Shown: positions 1 to 9,892, counted from the stretch's first letter. The stretch: 64,000 nucleotides of DNA from an uncultured Nitrososphaerota archaeon (GCA_964636085.1 CAZWPQ010000001.1:64650-128649); one strand, 5' to 3'. Notes: generated by a model not told the origin, from the sequence alone. Program-made: numbers and translations.

Positions 1-92
1 TTATAAACTATATCGCGCCCGATTTTTCATAAAGAAGTACTTCCCGGAGGTAGAAAACGTATACATACAAGCATAGGAAAGCAGAAAAAAGA

Positions 93-305
93 TTAGAGTG
101 TTAAAGCTTGACTCAAAATTACTTTCAGCGCATTCTCATCCAAGAGGCCCTTTATTATGTTCTTATTTTTATTCATCACAATCTGTATTTGGGTTCTAAG
201 AGCTTCCCTCACAAATTCAGAGCGTGAACTATAGAGACCCGCATCAACGAAAATATCGATTATCTCAATCAGTTTTCTCGGAACCTTAACAGTTAATACA
301 CGCAT
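93..305 (-). CDS. Ribbon-helix-helix (CopG/CdrS-like) transcription regulator
   Basis: MRVLTVKVPRKLIEIIDIFVDAGLYSSRSEFVREALR is a classic RHH pattern; start moved to ATG at 305 (ORF track gives 359). Confidence 0.85.
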   Translation of the reverse strand: MRVLTVKVPRKLIEIIDIFVDAGLYSSRSEFVREALRTQIQIVMNKNKNIIKGLLDENALKVILSQALTL

Positions 306-465
306 ACCATTTTGATACAACCTGTTCACCAGATAAATCATACAAGGGAGATACGCCAATAATCCTTTGATAATTCACTTATAAAGCCTAGAGAATTTAA
401 AAATGTATGGGTTGTGACTAATAAAAAAGGAGAATAAATGCATATCACTATTATATGTGACATGA

Positions 466-1476
466 ATGCTCATATACAGAGTTTCACTAGATGGTAACCA
501 TACACAACTGGCTAAGTTGGAATTATACTCTCTTATAAACGCTTATGGGATTAACATCGATGCGATAGATCTACCTCCACGCTCATTGATTCTACGCACA
601 AATCAGCCTTTAGAATGCGTTTTATGGAGAGCATCCATGATTACAAGCGCCGAGAGAGTGTTAAATTCTGACCCCAATGATGTTGATTGGTTGTCGATAT
701 TTTCTTCATATTATTCCAATCCATGTATCAGGATTCCATTTACATTTATGATAAAGCATAGAGATAAGGACTGTGATGTCTCTATCAACAATGTTGTGAA
801 AGTCATATACAAAAAAGTACCCATAGCTAGGGTTTCCCTTGACTACCCCCAGATCATACTTTCTATAAGACGCCTCATCGATGAGGACTACATATGCATG
901 AGCTTGCCCACTGGAAGGGATCTCATACTTCATAGGCAATTAAAGTATAGGCCCTATGCACCATCTACAGCCATGGAGAGCTTGCTATCTCGTGTACTTG
1001 TAAATTTGTCTCAGCTTGTCCCTAGGGAAACATTTTTAGATCCATTTTGTGGAACTGGCTCTTTACTTATTGAGGCAAGTCTTATTGGGCTTAGGGCTAT
1101 TGGTTCTGATATTAATCCAAGACTTATAGGATACGCAAAAATGCTATTATCCTACTATAATACTAATGCCGACGTTAGGGTTGCCGATGCAAAATCATTA
1201 CCCTATGATGATGGAACTATTGATGGCATCTCCACGGATCCTCCTTATGGTATTAGTTCTCATGTTCACGAGGGGTCTCTTGAGGAACTATATCGTAGTT
1301 TTCTGAGAGAAGCAATTAGAGTCCTCAAACGTGGCCGCTATTTAGTTATATGTTACATACCTAGGATAAAGCTCGAGAAAATGGCTATTGATTCTGGATT
1401 TGAGATTATTTATACATATTCAATGCGTGTCCATTCCAAACTCACTAGATTGGTCTCAATTCTGCGAAAGAAGTAG
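466..1476 (+). CDS. trm11: tRNA (guanine(10)-N2)-methyltransferase, Trm11/TrmG10 family
   Basis: THUMP-like N-terminus, SAM motif LDPFCGTGSLLIEA and catalytic TDPPYG. Confidence 0.85.
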   Translation: MLIYRVSLDGNHTQLAKLELYSLINAYGINIDAIDLPPRSLILRTNQPLECVLWRASMITSAERVLNSDPNDVDWLSIFSSYYSNPCIRIPFTFMIKHRDKDCDVSINNVVKVIYKKVPIARVSLDYPQIILSIRRLIDEDYICMSLPTGRDLILHRQLKYRPYAPSTAMESLLSRVLVNLSQLVPRETFLDPFCGTGSLLIEASLIGLRAIGSDINPRLIGYAKMLLSYYNTNADVRVADAKSLPYDDGTIDGISTDPPYGISSHVHEGSLEELYRSFLREAIRVLKRGRYLVICYIPRIKLEKMAIDSGFEIIYTYSMRVHSKLTRLVSILRKK

Positions 1477-2196
1477 ATTTACTGTCCTCTTTATCAGTCC
1501 AATCAGACTATGCGCTTCCCTACCACTCAAGAATGCCCTACCAACAAGATTTTTAATGATACCTTTGTATATCTCTTTCTTCGCTTCTGGCATTTCCTTG
1601 AGTACTATTTCTACCAATCTGTAGAATGCATTGATTAATACCTTCTTCTCTAATGCTGTTGCTGGACGATACGGCAACTCTTTGAATGTTTTTAAACTTT
1701 GAGATATCTCGTAAGCCACGATGCTTACTGCGTGTGATAAATTTAGGGTTGGATATTCCATGCTCGTAGGGATAGTAACAACGAAATCACATTTCATCAA
1801 TTCTTCATTCCTCAGCCCCCGCTCCTCATTACCGAAAATAAATGCTATTCTTGAGTCTGCGGGTATTATAATGTCCCTGAGAAACTGTATGGGGACCGCA
1901 ATTCTCAGTGGATTTTTCTCCGAACCAACCCTCGCAGTAGTTCCTATAATACATGTTGGCCTCTCCGACTTAATGAACGCATCTATATTGGGATATATCT
2001 TCACGTTTTCTAATACATCCCTTGCATGCATAGATCTGCATATGGACTCATCATCTACTTCGCATAATGGGTTGATCAGGATAAGCCTGTGAAAACCAAA
2101 GTTCTTTATTGCTCTCGCCGCCATACCCAAATTGCCAGAGTATTTAGTCTCCACTAGAACAAATAGTATCTCAGCCATGCTATCCAATATCGACAC
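1456..2196 (-). CDS. trmJ: SPOUT RNA 2'-O-methyltransferase, TrmJ/LasT family
   Basis: GNLGMAARAIKNFG, FGNEERGLRNEEL, PTLNLSHAV motifs. Confidence 0.9.
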   Translation of the reverse strand: MSILDSMAEILFVLVETKYSGNLGMAARAIKNFGFHRLILINPLCEVDDESICRSMHARDVLENVKIYPNIDAFIKSERPTCIIGTTARVGSEKNPLRIAVPIQFLRDIIIPADSRIAFIFGNEERGLRNEELMKCDFVVTIPTSMEYPTLNLSHAVSIVAYEISQSLKTFKELPYRPATALEKKVLINAFYRLVEIVLKEMPEAKKEIYKGIIKNLVGRAFLSGREAHSLIGLIKRTVNLLLSQN

Positions 2197-2267
2197 CAGT
2201 TCCTATACAAATTTAAGTATATGTTATGATTAAATTGATGTGTAGACTGAAGCATTAGGGGATAGAG

Positions 2268-3353
2268 TTGATTATAACCTACACCTTCCCAAAGCTACGA
2301 ATCGTTTATGAAATTCCGGACTTATATGGCATAGTTCTACAATCTCTTAAAAATATACCACAGGGGAAAATTACGACGTATGGCGAGATAAGTAGGGCGC
2401 TTGGGGACAAAATTGCTGCCAGAGCAGTTGGTTATATTATGGCTACTAATAAATGGCCAGAAATTTTTCCTTGCTATCGAGTCGTTGGAAAAAACGGCGA
2501 GCTTGGAGGGTATAGTCTAGGTATAGAGAAGAAGAAAAGACTTTTGCGAAAGGATGGGATTAAGATTTCTGGTGGTAAGATTTTAGACTTCGAAAATATC
2601 GTCTTAAAATCGGAGCAACTCAAACTACCTCCGGTACTAGAATCTCTTCAGAGGTTACAGAGCTTTCTCTCCAGTAAATTGGATCTTTCTAAATCATTGG
2701 ATAACTTTAACATTGTAGCCTCCCTGGACCTCGGCTACATCAGTGGTCCCCCAGATATAGGCATTGCGACTGCATGCTTATATGATGTTCAACAAAATAA
2801 AGTTCTGTCACTGGGCATCTCGATCGTCCCAGTATTTATGCCCTACATACCCACATACTTGGCCTTTAGAGAACTCCCCTCCGCACTACTTGCCCTTGAA
2901 TCGGTTATAAACTATAGAACCCCAGACATACTTGCTGTTGATGGCCAAGGCATACTTCATCCAAGAAGATTTGGCATAGCTTCACATATTGGTGTGATTA
3001 CCGGCATACCCTCAATAGGAATCGCAAAGAGTATCCTTGTGGGTAAAATCAGGCCCCCTTGGAGAAAACATAATCATATCGAATATGCCCCCATCGAATA
3101 CATGAGCTCCATATATGGATATGCTATTAGAAAAGAAAAACATATGATCATAGTCTCTCCTGGCCATGATGTTTCCATCGAGAGCGCCCTTCAGATAGCA
3201 CTGAATCTTGAGTGGAGGAATCGCGATAAGGAACCCTATGTTATGATGATACCACATATTGTGGCGACTCGGTTTAGGCAATTAATTAAACAAATGCTCG
3301 ATAAGTACACAAAGAAACAAACTGATATTACTGGTTTTCTGACTCAAGCTTGA
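2268..3353 (+). CDS. Fusion of O6-alkylguanine-DNA alkyltransferase and endonuclease V
   Basis: N-term IPQGKITTYG...ARAVG...PCYRVV (Ogt); C-term PYIPTYLAFRE, DGQGILHPRRFGIASHIG (EndoV). Confidence 0.9.
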   Translation: MIITYTFPKLRIVYEIPDLYGIVLQSLKNIPQGKITTYGEISRALGDKIAARAVGYIMATNKWPEIFPCYRVVGKNGELGGYSLGIEKKKRLLRKDGIKISGGKILDFENIVLKSEQLKLPPVLESLQRLQSFLSSKLDLSKSLDNFNIVASLDLGYISGPPDIGIATACLYDVQQNKVLSLGISIVPVFMPYIPTYLAFRELPSALLALESVINYRTPDILAVDGQGILHPRRFGIASHIGVITGIPSIGIAKSILVGKIRPPWRKHNHIEYAPIEYMSSIYGYAIRKEKHMIIVSPGHDVSIESALQIALNLEWRNRDKEPYVMMIPHIVATRFRQLIKQMLDKYTKKQTDITGFLTQA

Positions 3354-3369
3354 AAAATATTTAAAAAAA

Positions 3370-3597
3370 TTAGACAAAAGAAAGTGCTGAGAACATGAGT
3401 CTAAAAGCATTTATTATGTCATCTTCCCTTAAAGTTCTTCTGTGTGCGTGCTCCATGAATATGAGGGCCCTCCTAGTTATCTCCATGATTATTTTTTCAG
3501 TTATCTCACGTACACGGAGGACTGCCTTCTTAGATATTCTGTCGGCACCAGCCATAGACATGAGCCTTCTAATAGCTCTAAGTGAAAGTTCTGGCAA
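3370..3597 (-). CDS. Archaeal histone (HMf family)
   Basis: ELSLRAIRRLM..AGADRIS...HAHRRTLREDDI histone-fold signature; TTG start with GAGGTG upstream. Confidence 0.92.
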   Translation of the reverse strand: MPELSLRAIRRLMSMAGADRISKKAVLRVREITEKIIMEITRRALIFMEHAHRRTLREDDIINAFRLMFSALSFV

Positions 3598-3693
3598 GGT
3601 CTAGCACCTCTAATTAATTGGTGCATACATCTGGGATAATTGAAAATATTTATAGTTTTTTACCCAAATCATGGTTATATCGAGGTATTTGGG

Positions 3694-4572
3694 ATGGTAA
3701 ATACGGTTGTCGTTCCATCCGCTGGATATGGTACAAGACTGCTACCAATAACTAAGATAATATCTAAGGCAATTCTTCCGCTGGGAACGATGCCAATTTT
3801 GTCCGATGTGTTATGGGAGGCCTATAATGCTGGAATTAAAAAGGCAATAATAGTTACACATTGGCGTGAAGAAACAATAAAAAATCTCGTACTTGCTGAA
3901 GCCAAAGAACTGGAGGATTGGCTTCAAGGGAAGCGGCGTCTTGATTTAATAAAAAAAATGAAGCAACTTATACCGCCTATGGAGATAGAATTCGTAAGGC
4001 AGGACATTCTTAATGGTCTAGGAGGCGCAATTCTATTGGTAGAGAAATATATCACGGAGCCGTTCGCAGTAATGTTATCCGACAATATAATTTTTGAGGA
4101 AATTAAGGGATCGTTGATGAAAAAAATGATTGATTATTTTAACCAGCATAGAATTGATACTTTGTTATCTGTTGCCGAGGTTCCAAAGGATATGATAAAG
4201 AAGTTTGGTATCATTGGTTACACAAATATACAGAAATACAACAATATGGATATTTACGAAGTTAGCGATATTATAGAAAAACCAGAGCCACCATTAGCCC
4301 CCAGCAATCTCGCAGTCGTAGGTAGATATATTTTTACAACAGAGATATTTGACTATCTGCGTGATGCACCGTTGATAGGCAAGGAAATAGATGAGACTCA
4401 AGCATTCAAAGCTCAAGTTGATTCGGGCAAAAAAGTCTACGCAATGAATATTGGTAATAGGAAATGGTTTGATGTTGGTAGTGTAGAGGGATACTTCAAG
4501 GCATTTGTGATGTATATAAGTAAAAGCGAAGGCATCGAGACTGTTGAAAAATGGTTGAGAGAAACAATATAG
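3694..4572 (+). CDS. galU: UTP-glucose-1-phosphate uridylyltransferase (GalU-like nucleotidyltransferase)
   Basis: PSAGYGTRLLPITK, QDILNGLGGA, IIEKP, SNLAVVGRYIF; start ATG 3694 preferred. Confidence 0.8.
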   Translation: MVNTVVVPSAGYGTRLLPITKIISKAILPLGTMPILSDVLWEAYNAGIKKAIIVTHWREETIKNLVLAEAKELEDWLQGKRRLDLIKKMKQLIPPMEIEFVRQDILNGLGGAILLVEKYITEPFAVMLSDNIIFEEIKGSLMKKMIDYFNQHRIDTLLSVAEVPKDMIKKFGIIGYTNIQKYNNMDIYEVSDIIEKPEPPLAPSNLAVVGRYIFTTEIFDYLRDAPLIGKEIDETQAFKAQVDSGKKVYAMNIGNRKWFDVGSVEGYFKAFVMYISKSEGIETVEKWLRETI

Positions 4573-5333
4573 CTGCAATAATTGCGGGCTATGTTGATGT
4601 CTCATTAAACGACGTTATAGGGGAAACAAGTTTTGTTGTTTGGTTTTGCGGGTGTAATTTTAGATGTCCATACTGCCAGAATTTTCCTATGGTTATTCTG
4701 AGCCCAAAACTATGCAAGAAGACTTTCCTATCCACTATTATTAGAAGATTGATTGAGGTTAAGAATTTTGTTAATTATATACAAGTGACTGGCGGAGAAC
4801 CTACACTTCAATCTCAACAACTTCAATACATATATGAGAAGGCTAAAGAACTGGGTTTAAAGACATCATTGGATACGAATGGATCAAATCCACAGGTCAT
4901 TGATATTCTTAAGGAGAAAAAACTAATAGATCACCTAGCAATGGATATAAAGTCTCCCCTAAATGTGCATAAGCTTGCCAGAGTCACAGGGTTAGCCGAA
5001 GAAATTGCAAGTATCTACGTCGATAGAATAAAAAAAAGTCTGTCCGTCTCTAAGGAACTAGAATTTGTTGAAATTAGAACCACATATGTTCCTAATTTAC
5101 TCAGCGAGAAGGACATTATAAGGATTGCAATTTTCCTTCAGGAGTATCTGGTAAAGCCGAGGCACTATTATATTCTACAACAATTCATACCGAATGAAAA
5201 TGCTCCAGAGCCCAGCTATAGAAAAGGTAGGGTTGTTGGATTAGAGAAACTATATGCTATTGCAAAGAAGGTAAGAGAATTTCTTCCAAATGTAGCCATC
5301 AGACATATTGGTGGTGTCAAATATATTGATTAA
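4551..5333 (+). CDS. Radical SAM glycyl-radical activase (anaerobic RNR activating protein NrdG-like)
   Basis: GCNFRCPYCQN, VTGGEPTL, LDTNGS, AMDIKSP, EIRTT. Confidence 0.85.
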   Translation: MVERNNIAAIIAGYVDVSLNDVIGETSFVVWFCGCNFRCPYCQNFPMVILSPKLCKKTFLSTIIRRLIEVKNFVNYIQVTGGEPTLQSQQLQYIYEKAKELGLKTSLDTNGSNPQVIDILKEKKLIDHLAMDIKSPLNVHKLARVTGLAEEIASIYVDRIKKSLSVSKELEFVEIRTTYVPNLLSEKDIIRIAIFLQEYLVKPRHYYILQQFIPNENAPEPSYRKGRVVGLEKLYAIAKKVREFLPNVAIRHIGGVKYID

Positions 5334-5367
5334 CCACCAGAATATTGATGTATTGAATATATCCTAG

Positions 5368-5457
5368 TGCCCCGGGCGGGATTTGAACCCGCGATCCCTG
5401 GCTTGAGAGGCCAGTTAGCACACGTGGTGATGCTTGGCCGGTCTACACCACCGGGGC
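5368..5457 (-). tRNA. tRNA-Glu(CTC) with 14-nt intron at 26/27 (5415-5428)
   Basis: Acceptor GCCCCGG/CCGGGGC, anticodon arm CTGGC-CTCTCAA-GCCAG, T loop TTCAAAT; insertion forms BHB (AGCA/TGCT central helix, GGCCA/TGGCC outer helix). Confidence 0.92.
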
Positions 5458-5556
5458 ATAATAGGGGTTTGTTTATGGTTTTTACGTTGGTGATGCCCAA
5501 GATAATCATATATCTCACAAAAAAGTATTATAAGCGTTATCTTATTGTTGGCGTTT

Positions 5557-6114
5557 CTATTCATATATAAGTAAATCATTTACCTTCATTTTCAGCATAG
5601 ATAGTTTGCGTTTTGATTCCGGATCCTTGGACTTTATTAGGTCATATATCTGTGGTATTATGTCGTCAAGTTCCTTTCTAATATTATCATCCATCAGATT
5701 TGTCCAGAATTTATGAATCTTGCCCAGGATTCTTCTCATATTGATCTCAAAGAACTCAGGAGACATTTTAAATGACATGACTATTCTTTTGGTATACATT
5801 CTGCTCTTTTCTGGGTCTAGGAAATCTGTTGAGACCTCTGGAAAGAATTCTGTCAGGTATATAAGGAATATGTACTTCGGATCGATTTTCACTCGCGGCG
5901 TACAATAGATCTTGACATCAAGCTCTTCCTTTGTGGAAGGTATAACCACTATTTCGAGTCTGTAATACTCCTTCTCAATAATTTTCGCTTTTTTTCTATA
6001 CTCTTCAAGCTTTAATAGGTTCTCAAGGGAATCTGCTAGTTTTTCAATTTCATTCAATTTTGCCTCTACACTTGCCAACCAATCCTCCACAGGGATTGCC
6101 CCCAAACAGGTCAC
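5557..6114 (-). CDS. Hypothetical protein, co-oriented downstream of eL31
   Basis: 185-aa ORF with normal K/E/I-rich composition and an N-terminal coiled coil; no family recognised. Confidence 0.7.
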   Translation of the reverse strand: MTCLGAIPVEDWLASVEAKLNEIEKLADSLENLLKLEEYRKKAKIIEKEYYRLEIVVIPSTKEELDVKIYCTPRVKIDPKYIFLIYLTEFFPEVSTDFLDPEKSRMYTKRIVMSFKMSPEFFEINMRRILGKIHKFWTNLMDDNIRKELDDIIPQIYDLIKSKDPESKRKLSMLKMKVNDLLIYE

Positions 6115-6119
6115 CTATT

Positions 6120-6623
6120 CTAAATTGGAAATACTCGTAGTTCTGCTCGGCATCCTATAGGCTTGCCTTCAGGATCCCTTATAATATCCTCAACCTTTAT
6201 TAGTACTCTGATTCTGACTTTTTTGGGCGGATTTTTGCTTCCTCTAGACCATATAATTTCATTAACTTCTGGGCTTATCCACACTACTGGTTCGGTTATG
6301 CGGACTTTAGCTCTTGTACCTGTAGCCTCGTCTATTGTTGCCTCTACATATTTTATGTGTTTCAGAATAAATTGTTGTAACAACCGTATAGCCCTTCGAG
6401 ATCGCTTCCATAATGGAGCACTTTTTAATAGCTTCGGCGAAAATCTTATGGTCATATATCTTTCATCATCCTTTTCTTCTTGTTTTTCAAGAATAATGGA
6501 TGGAACCTTCTTTGGGCCTCTTCGTCTAGCTTTCCTTTCCTTCTTTTTTGTTTCTCTCATTTCCTTTTTTTCCTCTTTTATTGTGACGGGTTGTTCTGGG
6601 GTCTCCTCCTCATGCATGCTCAA
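6120..6623 (-). CDS. rpl31e: 50S ribosomal protein eL31 (extended)
   Basis: APLWKRSRRAIRLLQQFILKH and ISPEVNEIIWSRGSKNPPKKVRIRV; follows eL39. Confidence 0.92.
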   Translation of the reverse strand: MSMHEEETPEQPVTIKEEKKEMRETKKKERKARRRGPKKVPSIILEKQEEKDDERYMTIRFSPKLLKSAPLWKRSRRAIRLLQQFILKHIKYVEATIDEATGTRAKVRITEPVVWISPEVNEIIWSRGSKNPPKKVRIRVLIKVEDIIRDPEGKPIGCRAELRVFPI

Positions 6624-6627
6624 CCAC

Positions 6628-6783
6628 CTATAGTTTCAGTCTAGTTCTCCTCCAATTTCTTTGGGAGGGCGACCTCATTACCCTAAAATTTGTCTTTATA
6701 CGGATAAATAGAGGGGGCATCCTATTAGATTTTAAAGCACGACCAAGCCTAAGTTTTTTTGCCAATGGTTTATAACGAGCCAT
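6628..6783 (-). CDS. rpl39e: 50S ribosomal protein eL39 (not in ORF track)
   Basis: Manual translation MARYKPLAKKLRLGRALKSNRMPPLFIRIKTNFRVMRSPSQRNWRRTRLKL* (51 aa); lies between PDCD5 and eL31. Confidence 0.95.
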   Translation of the reverse strand: MARYKPLAKKLRLGRALKSNRMPPLFIRIKTNFRVMRSPSQRNWRRTRLKL

Positions 6784-7118
6784 TACTTTCGCCTTATCTC
6801 TATTTTACTCTCACGACTAAATTGTCTCAAATATTGTTTTAAAATCTCTTTAAGTTGAGCATCATTTATGATTCCTCTTAGCCTTCCAGATAGAGCTAAT
6901 GAGATAAGTTGGTTTTCAATAAATGCTCCAAATTCGGGTCTAGCTAACTTAATTCTGGCTAGTCTTTCGCGAGCCTCGCTAGTCAGTATTTGTCTAAGGA
7001 TGGTCTCTCGTTGGATTTCCTCCTGTCTTTTGGCTTCACTTCTTTGTTTTTCTCTCAATAACCTTTCAAGCTCCCGCCGTCTTTTTGCCAATAGTAATTC
7101 CAGCTCTTCGTCAGACAT
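6783..7118 (-). CDS. PDCD5-family double-stranded DNA-binding protein
   Basis: ILRQILTSEARERLARIKLARPE...ENQLI...INDAQLKEIL. Confidence 0.92.
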   Translation of the reverse strand: MSDEELELLLAKRRRELERLLREKQRSEAKRQEEIQRETILRQILTSEARERLARIKLARPEFGAFIENQLISLALSGRLRGIINDAQLKEILKQYLRQFSRESKIEIRRK

Positions 7119-7251
7119 AGCATAGCACCAAACAACATGTAAGCATACTTATGGACTAAATTTAATATTCTAAAGCTTTAAAATAAATATTGTTGTCATA
7201 AATAGATGTACAATAATTTAAAGATGATCAGATCAAAGTGTGTGAATAGAG

Positions 7252-7554
7252 ATGTTGATACCGAAAACCATGAGGAAATATTGCCCATACTGTGGCTCGT
7301 ATACGGAACACTCGGTGAGTTTATATAAGGCTATTCCGAAAAGGAGAGCACTAGCTAAAGGTCAAAGACGCGCCGAAAGGCGAAGAAAAGGTCATGGAAA
7401 TAAGGGTAGGTATTCGAAGAAGCCTATAACGCAAATAAAAACCCATGCAAAAGTTACAAAAACGGGTGTACTTACTCTAAGATGCAGACAATGTGGAAAA
7501 ATTCGGCATTTATCGTTTGGAAAACGAATGAAAAAATTAGAAATGAAGAGGTAG
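7252..7554 (+). CDS. rpl44e: 50S ribosomal protein eL42/L44e
   Basis: IPKTMRKYCPYC..YTEHSV, KGQRR, AKVTK..LTLRCRQCGK. Confidence 0.95.
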   Translation: MLIPKTMRKYCPYCGSYTEHSVSLYKAIPKRRALAKGQRRAERRRKGHGNKGRYSKKPITQIKTHAKVTKTGVLTLRCRQCGKIRHLSFGKRMKKLEMKR

Positions 7555-7560
7555 GAAGAT

Positions 7561-8022
7561 ATGGCATCGCCATATGATATACCTATAAGTTTATTCATTG
7601 AGGAATTGAAAGAGGAGCTAAAGACCATCAAGGAACTACAACCGCCCGAGTGGTCCCAATATGTTAAGACTGGCATACATAAGGATAGACCCCCCGAACA
7701 AGAGGACTGGTGGTACTATCGAGCCGCATCTATATTATATCAGTTATATCGTCGAGGAATAGTCGGTGTTAATAGACTAAGAAACTATTATGGGGGAAGA
7801 AAAGATAGAGGACATAGGCCTGAAAAAAAGGTTAAAGGAGGCGCAAAAATAGTAAGGACTATTCTCCAACAATTAGAAAAGGCAGGGCTTGTAGAGAAGA
7901 ATATGATTAAACATCCGAAACTTCAGCAGATATGTAGGGGTAGGAAGCTAACTAATGCTGGGATGTCTCTTCTTGATCGCATCGCTACACGATTAGCAAG
8001 GGAATTAGGAATATTAAAATGA
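7561..8022 (+). CDS. rps19e: 30S ribosomal protein eS19
   Basis: PPEWSQYVKTG..KDRPP..DWWYYRAASIL, YGGRKDRG, RTILQQLEKAGLV. Confidence 0.96.
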   Translation: MASPYDIPISLFIEELKEELKTIKELQPPEWSQYVKTGIHKDRPPEQEDWWYYRAASILYQLYRRGIVGVNRLRNYYGGRKDRGHRPEKKVKGGAKIVRTILQQLEKAGLVEKNMIKHPKLQQICRGRKLTNAGMSLLDRIATRLARELGILK

Positions 8023-8039
8023 CCTAGGGGACACATCTA

Positions 8040-8672
8040 GTGGATATATTTTCTAAACTCAATATGATGCTGGACCGCTTTGAGATAGCAATAAGTACTA
8101 GTGATTTACAATCGATAAATCACATTTTATATCTTATATACAGAGGCTCCAGAAATGTATATAATTACGTATTAAAATCTAAAAAATCAGTCTTCGAAAA
8201 AAGTATACATATACAAAAGATCAGTGCTATATGTGATAGACTGGTAAAATTAATTTCAAGAAACATAAAGAGTATTGCTATTGCAGACATATATGTTCTA
8301 ATAGAGACCATAGGAATGCTATACAGGGCTGGATGCCAATTAATTATAGATAAGCTGTTTCCAATACTATATGGATTGTCTAGGAAGGATCTCAATAGCT
8401 TGGCGCACCTAGCCGATATAATGTTAGAGTGTGGATGTGTCGATTTAGCGTTTAAAGTTTTGACCCAGCTACTAGGGATGAATTATAATTGTCCAGCGGT
8501 TCTGGTCAATTTAGCCATTACAAGCTATATGTTAGGCAATCCAAGAGAGGCTAAACGATATGCGGAGATGTATGAAAATTTAACAAAGAGGCGTCTGGCA
8601 TTAAAAACATCCTTGGCGATTGTATTAGGTGATGTGGAATATATAAGTGCTAGGCGCAACAAGAAACATTAG
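8040..8672 (+). CDS. Hypothetical helical-repeat (TPR-like) protein
   Basis: C-terminal AVLVNLAITSYMLGNPREAKRYA resembles a TPR; co-oriented with eS19. Confidence 0.6.
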   Translation: MDIFSKLNMMLDRFEIAISTSDLQSINHILYLIYRGSRNVYNYVLKSKKSVFEKSIHIQKISAICDRLVKLISRNIKSIAIADIYVLIETIGMLYRAGCQLIIDKLFPILYGLSRKDLNSLAHLADIMLECGCVDLAFKVLTQLLGMNYNCPAVLVNLAITSYMLGNPREAKRYAEMYENLTKRRLALKTSLAIVLGDVEYISARRNKKH

Positions 8673-9256
8673 AGATACTCAAGTAACCTTTTTTTATTTA
8701 ATTCTTCCCATAGAGTCTTTTTCCTTATAATATCAGAAGGAGTTATTACAGAGGCCAAATATGTATCAACTATGATCTCAATGTTGATGATCCAGTCAGG
8801 TTTTTCTAGCGAGACCTCACCATAGTGAATATGTTTTGCGATAAGATCTATAATCCTCCTAGATGAGGCCCCTGATGAGTGCTTCGAGACACGAACACAC
8901 CATTTTCCATCTCCAATTCTTATGGGACCTACCTTAGATATAAAATCCACTATATCATCTAATTTCGTCGACACAATCTCTATAGGGATTATCCTGTGAG
9001 TGTATCTTAAAATCCATGGTTTTTTCAGTAAATATGTTCTTATCGTTCTGATGGCCTTTAGGGCGTCTTCGTTAAATATAACACCAAAAAGCCCTCTGAT
9101 TCCTTTTTTCCGTGTTCTAATAAATACAATATCGATTTCGTTAGAGATGTTAGATACATATAGGCAATGCCAGACCTCCGAGGCAGCATCTAGCTCGTAT
9201 CTGGGATCCGATGTTACGAGAAATTTAGTATTGATAGGAACGATGGAGCTACCCAT
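8669..9256 (-). CDS. THUMP domain protein (Tan1/THUMPD1-like)
   Basis: NFLD-like N-terminus ending in RIIPIE, and THUMP motif VSLEKPDWIINIEI. Confidence 0.8.
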   Translation of the reverse strand: MGSSIVPINTKFLVTSDPRYELDAASEVWHCLYVSNISNEIDIVFIRTRKKGIRGLFGVIFNEDALKAIRTIRTYLLKKPWILRYTHRIIPIEIVSTKLDDIVDFISKVGPIRIGDGKWCVRVSKHSSGASSRRIIDLIAKHIHYGEVSLEKPDWIINIEIIVDTYLASVITPSDIIRKKTLWEELNKKRLLEYL

Positions 9257-9283
9257 TAAGTGTCACAAGAAATTGCTCAAAAG

Positions 9284-9892
9284 CTAGGGCTTATATGGCC
9301 TCTTTTTTCTTGCTTTTTTTCTAAGAGCTGCACGTCTGGAAGGTCTTACTTTCTCAGCACCTCTACCCTTGTTCCGTAACCCTCTGGCTCTCTTCCCTGC
9401 TGAGGTTAAACCTCGAAACACTCTTCCTCTATTCTTGTTACTAGTAATCCAGTTAAGATTCGGATCGCTTTTTATGACTGGATTATCACGTTCCACAAGG
9501 ATAACCTCATACCATACAAATTGTCCGTCCTCGCCGACCCAATACGAATTTAAAACTTCAGTATTTCTATATTTTCGTGCGGCACGTTCCTCAGCAATCC
9601 ATTGTAGTGACTTTCCAACAGTGTGTCCCTTTATAGCTAAGTGTTTTCCTTTTCGCCCCCTCTTAGGTCTTGGTTTTCTTTGCCCCCCTTTTCTTACCCT
9701 TACCCGTACAAGTATTATCCCCTGTTTAGGTTTCCAACCTAGTGTGCGTGCTCTATATAGGTTTGTTGGTCTCTCGATGCGGACTACGGCGGGTTCTCTG
9801 CGCCAGACGAGTATTCTTTCCTGCATTAGTTTTTCGAACTCCTCTGAATCTTTATTGCTCCAAAACTCTTGAATATATTTGTAAGCGCCCAA
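9284..9892 (-). CDS. rpl15e: 50S ribosomal protein eL15
   Basis: [47 protein letters not shown]. Confidence 0.97.
   Translation of the reverse strand: MGAYKYIQEFWSNKDSEEFEKLMQERILVWRREPAVVRIERPTNLYRARTLGWKPKQGIILVRVRVRKGGQRKPRPKRGRKGKHLAIKGHTVGKSLQWIAEERAARKYRNTEVLNSYWVGEDGQFVWYEVILVERDNPVIKSDPNLNWITSNKNRGRVFRGLTSAGKRARGLRNKGRGAEKVRPSRRAALRKKARKKRPYKP

Noticed and set aside
2200-2267. Possible C/D box sRNA (TGATG...CTGA) in the divergent intergenic region
   Set aside because: Boxes are too close and imperfect; the region is better explained as AT-rich divergent promoters
5330-5570. ORFs 5330-5518 (-) and 5367-5570 (+)
   Set aside because: They overlap the tRNA-Glu gene and are spurious translations
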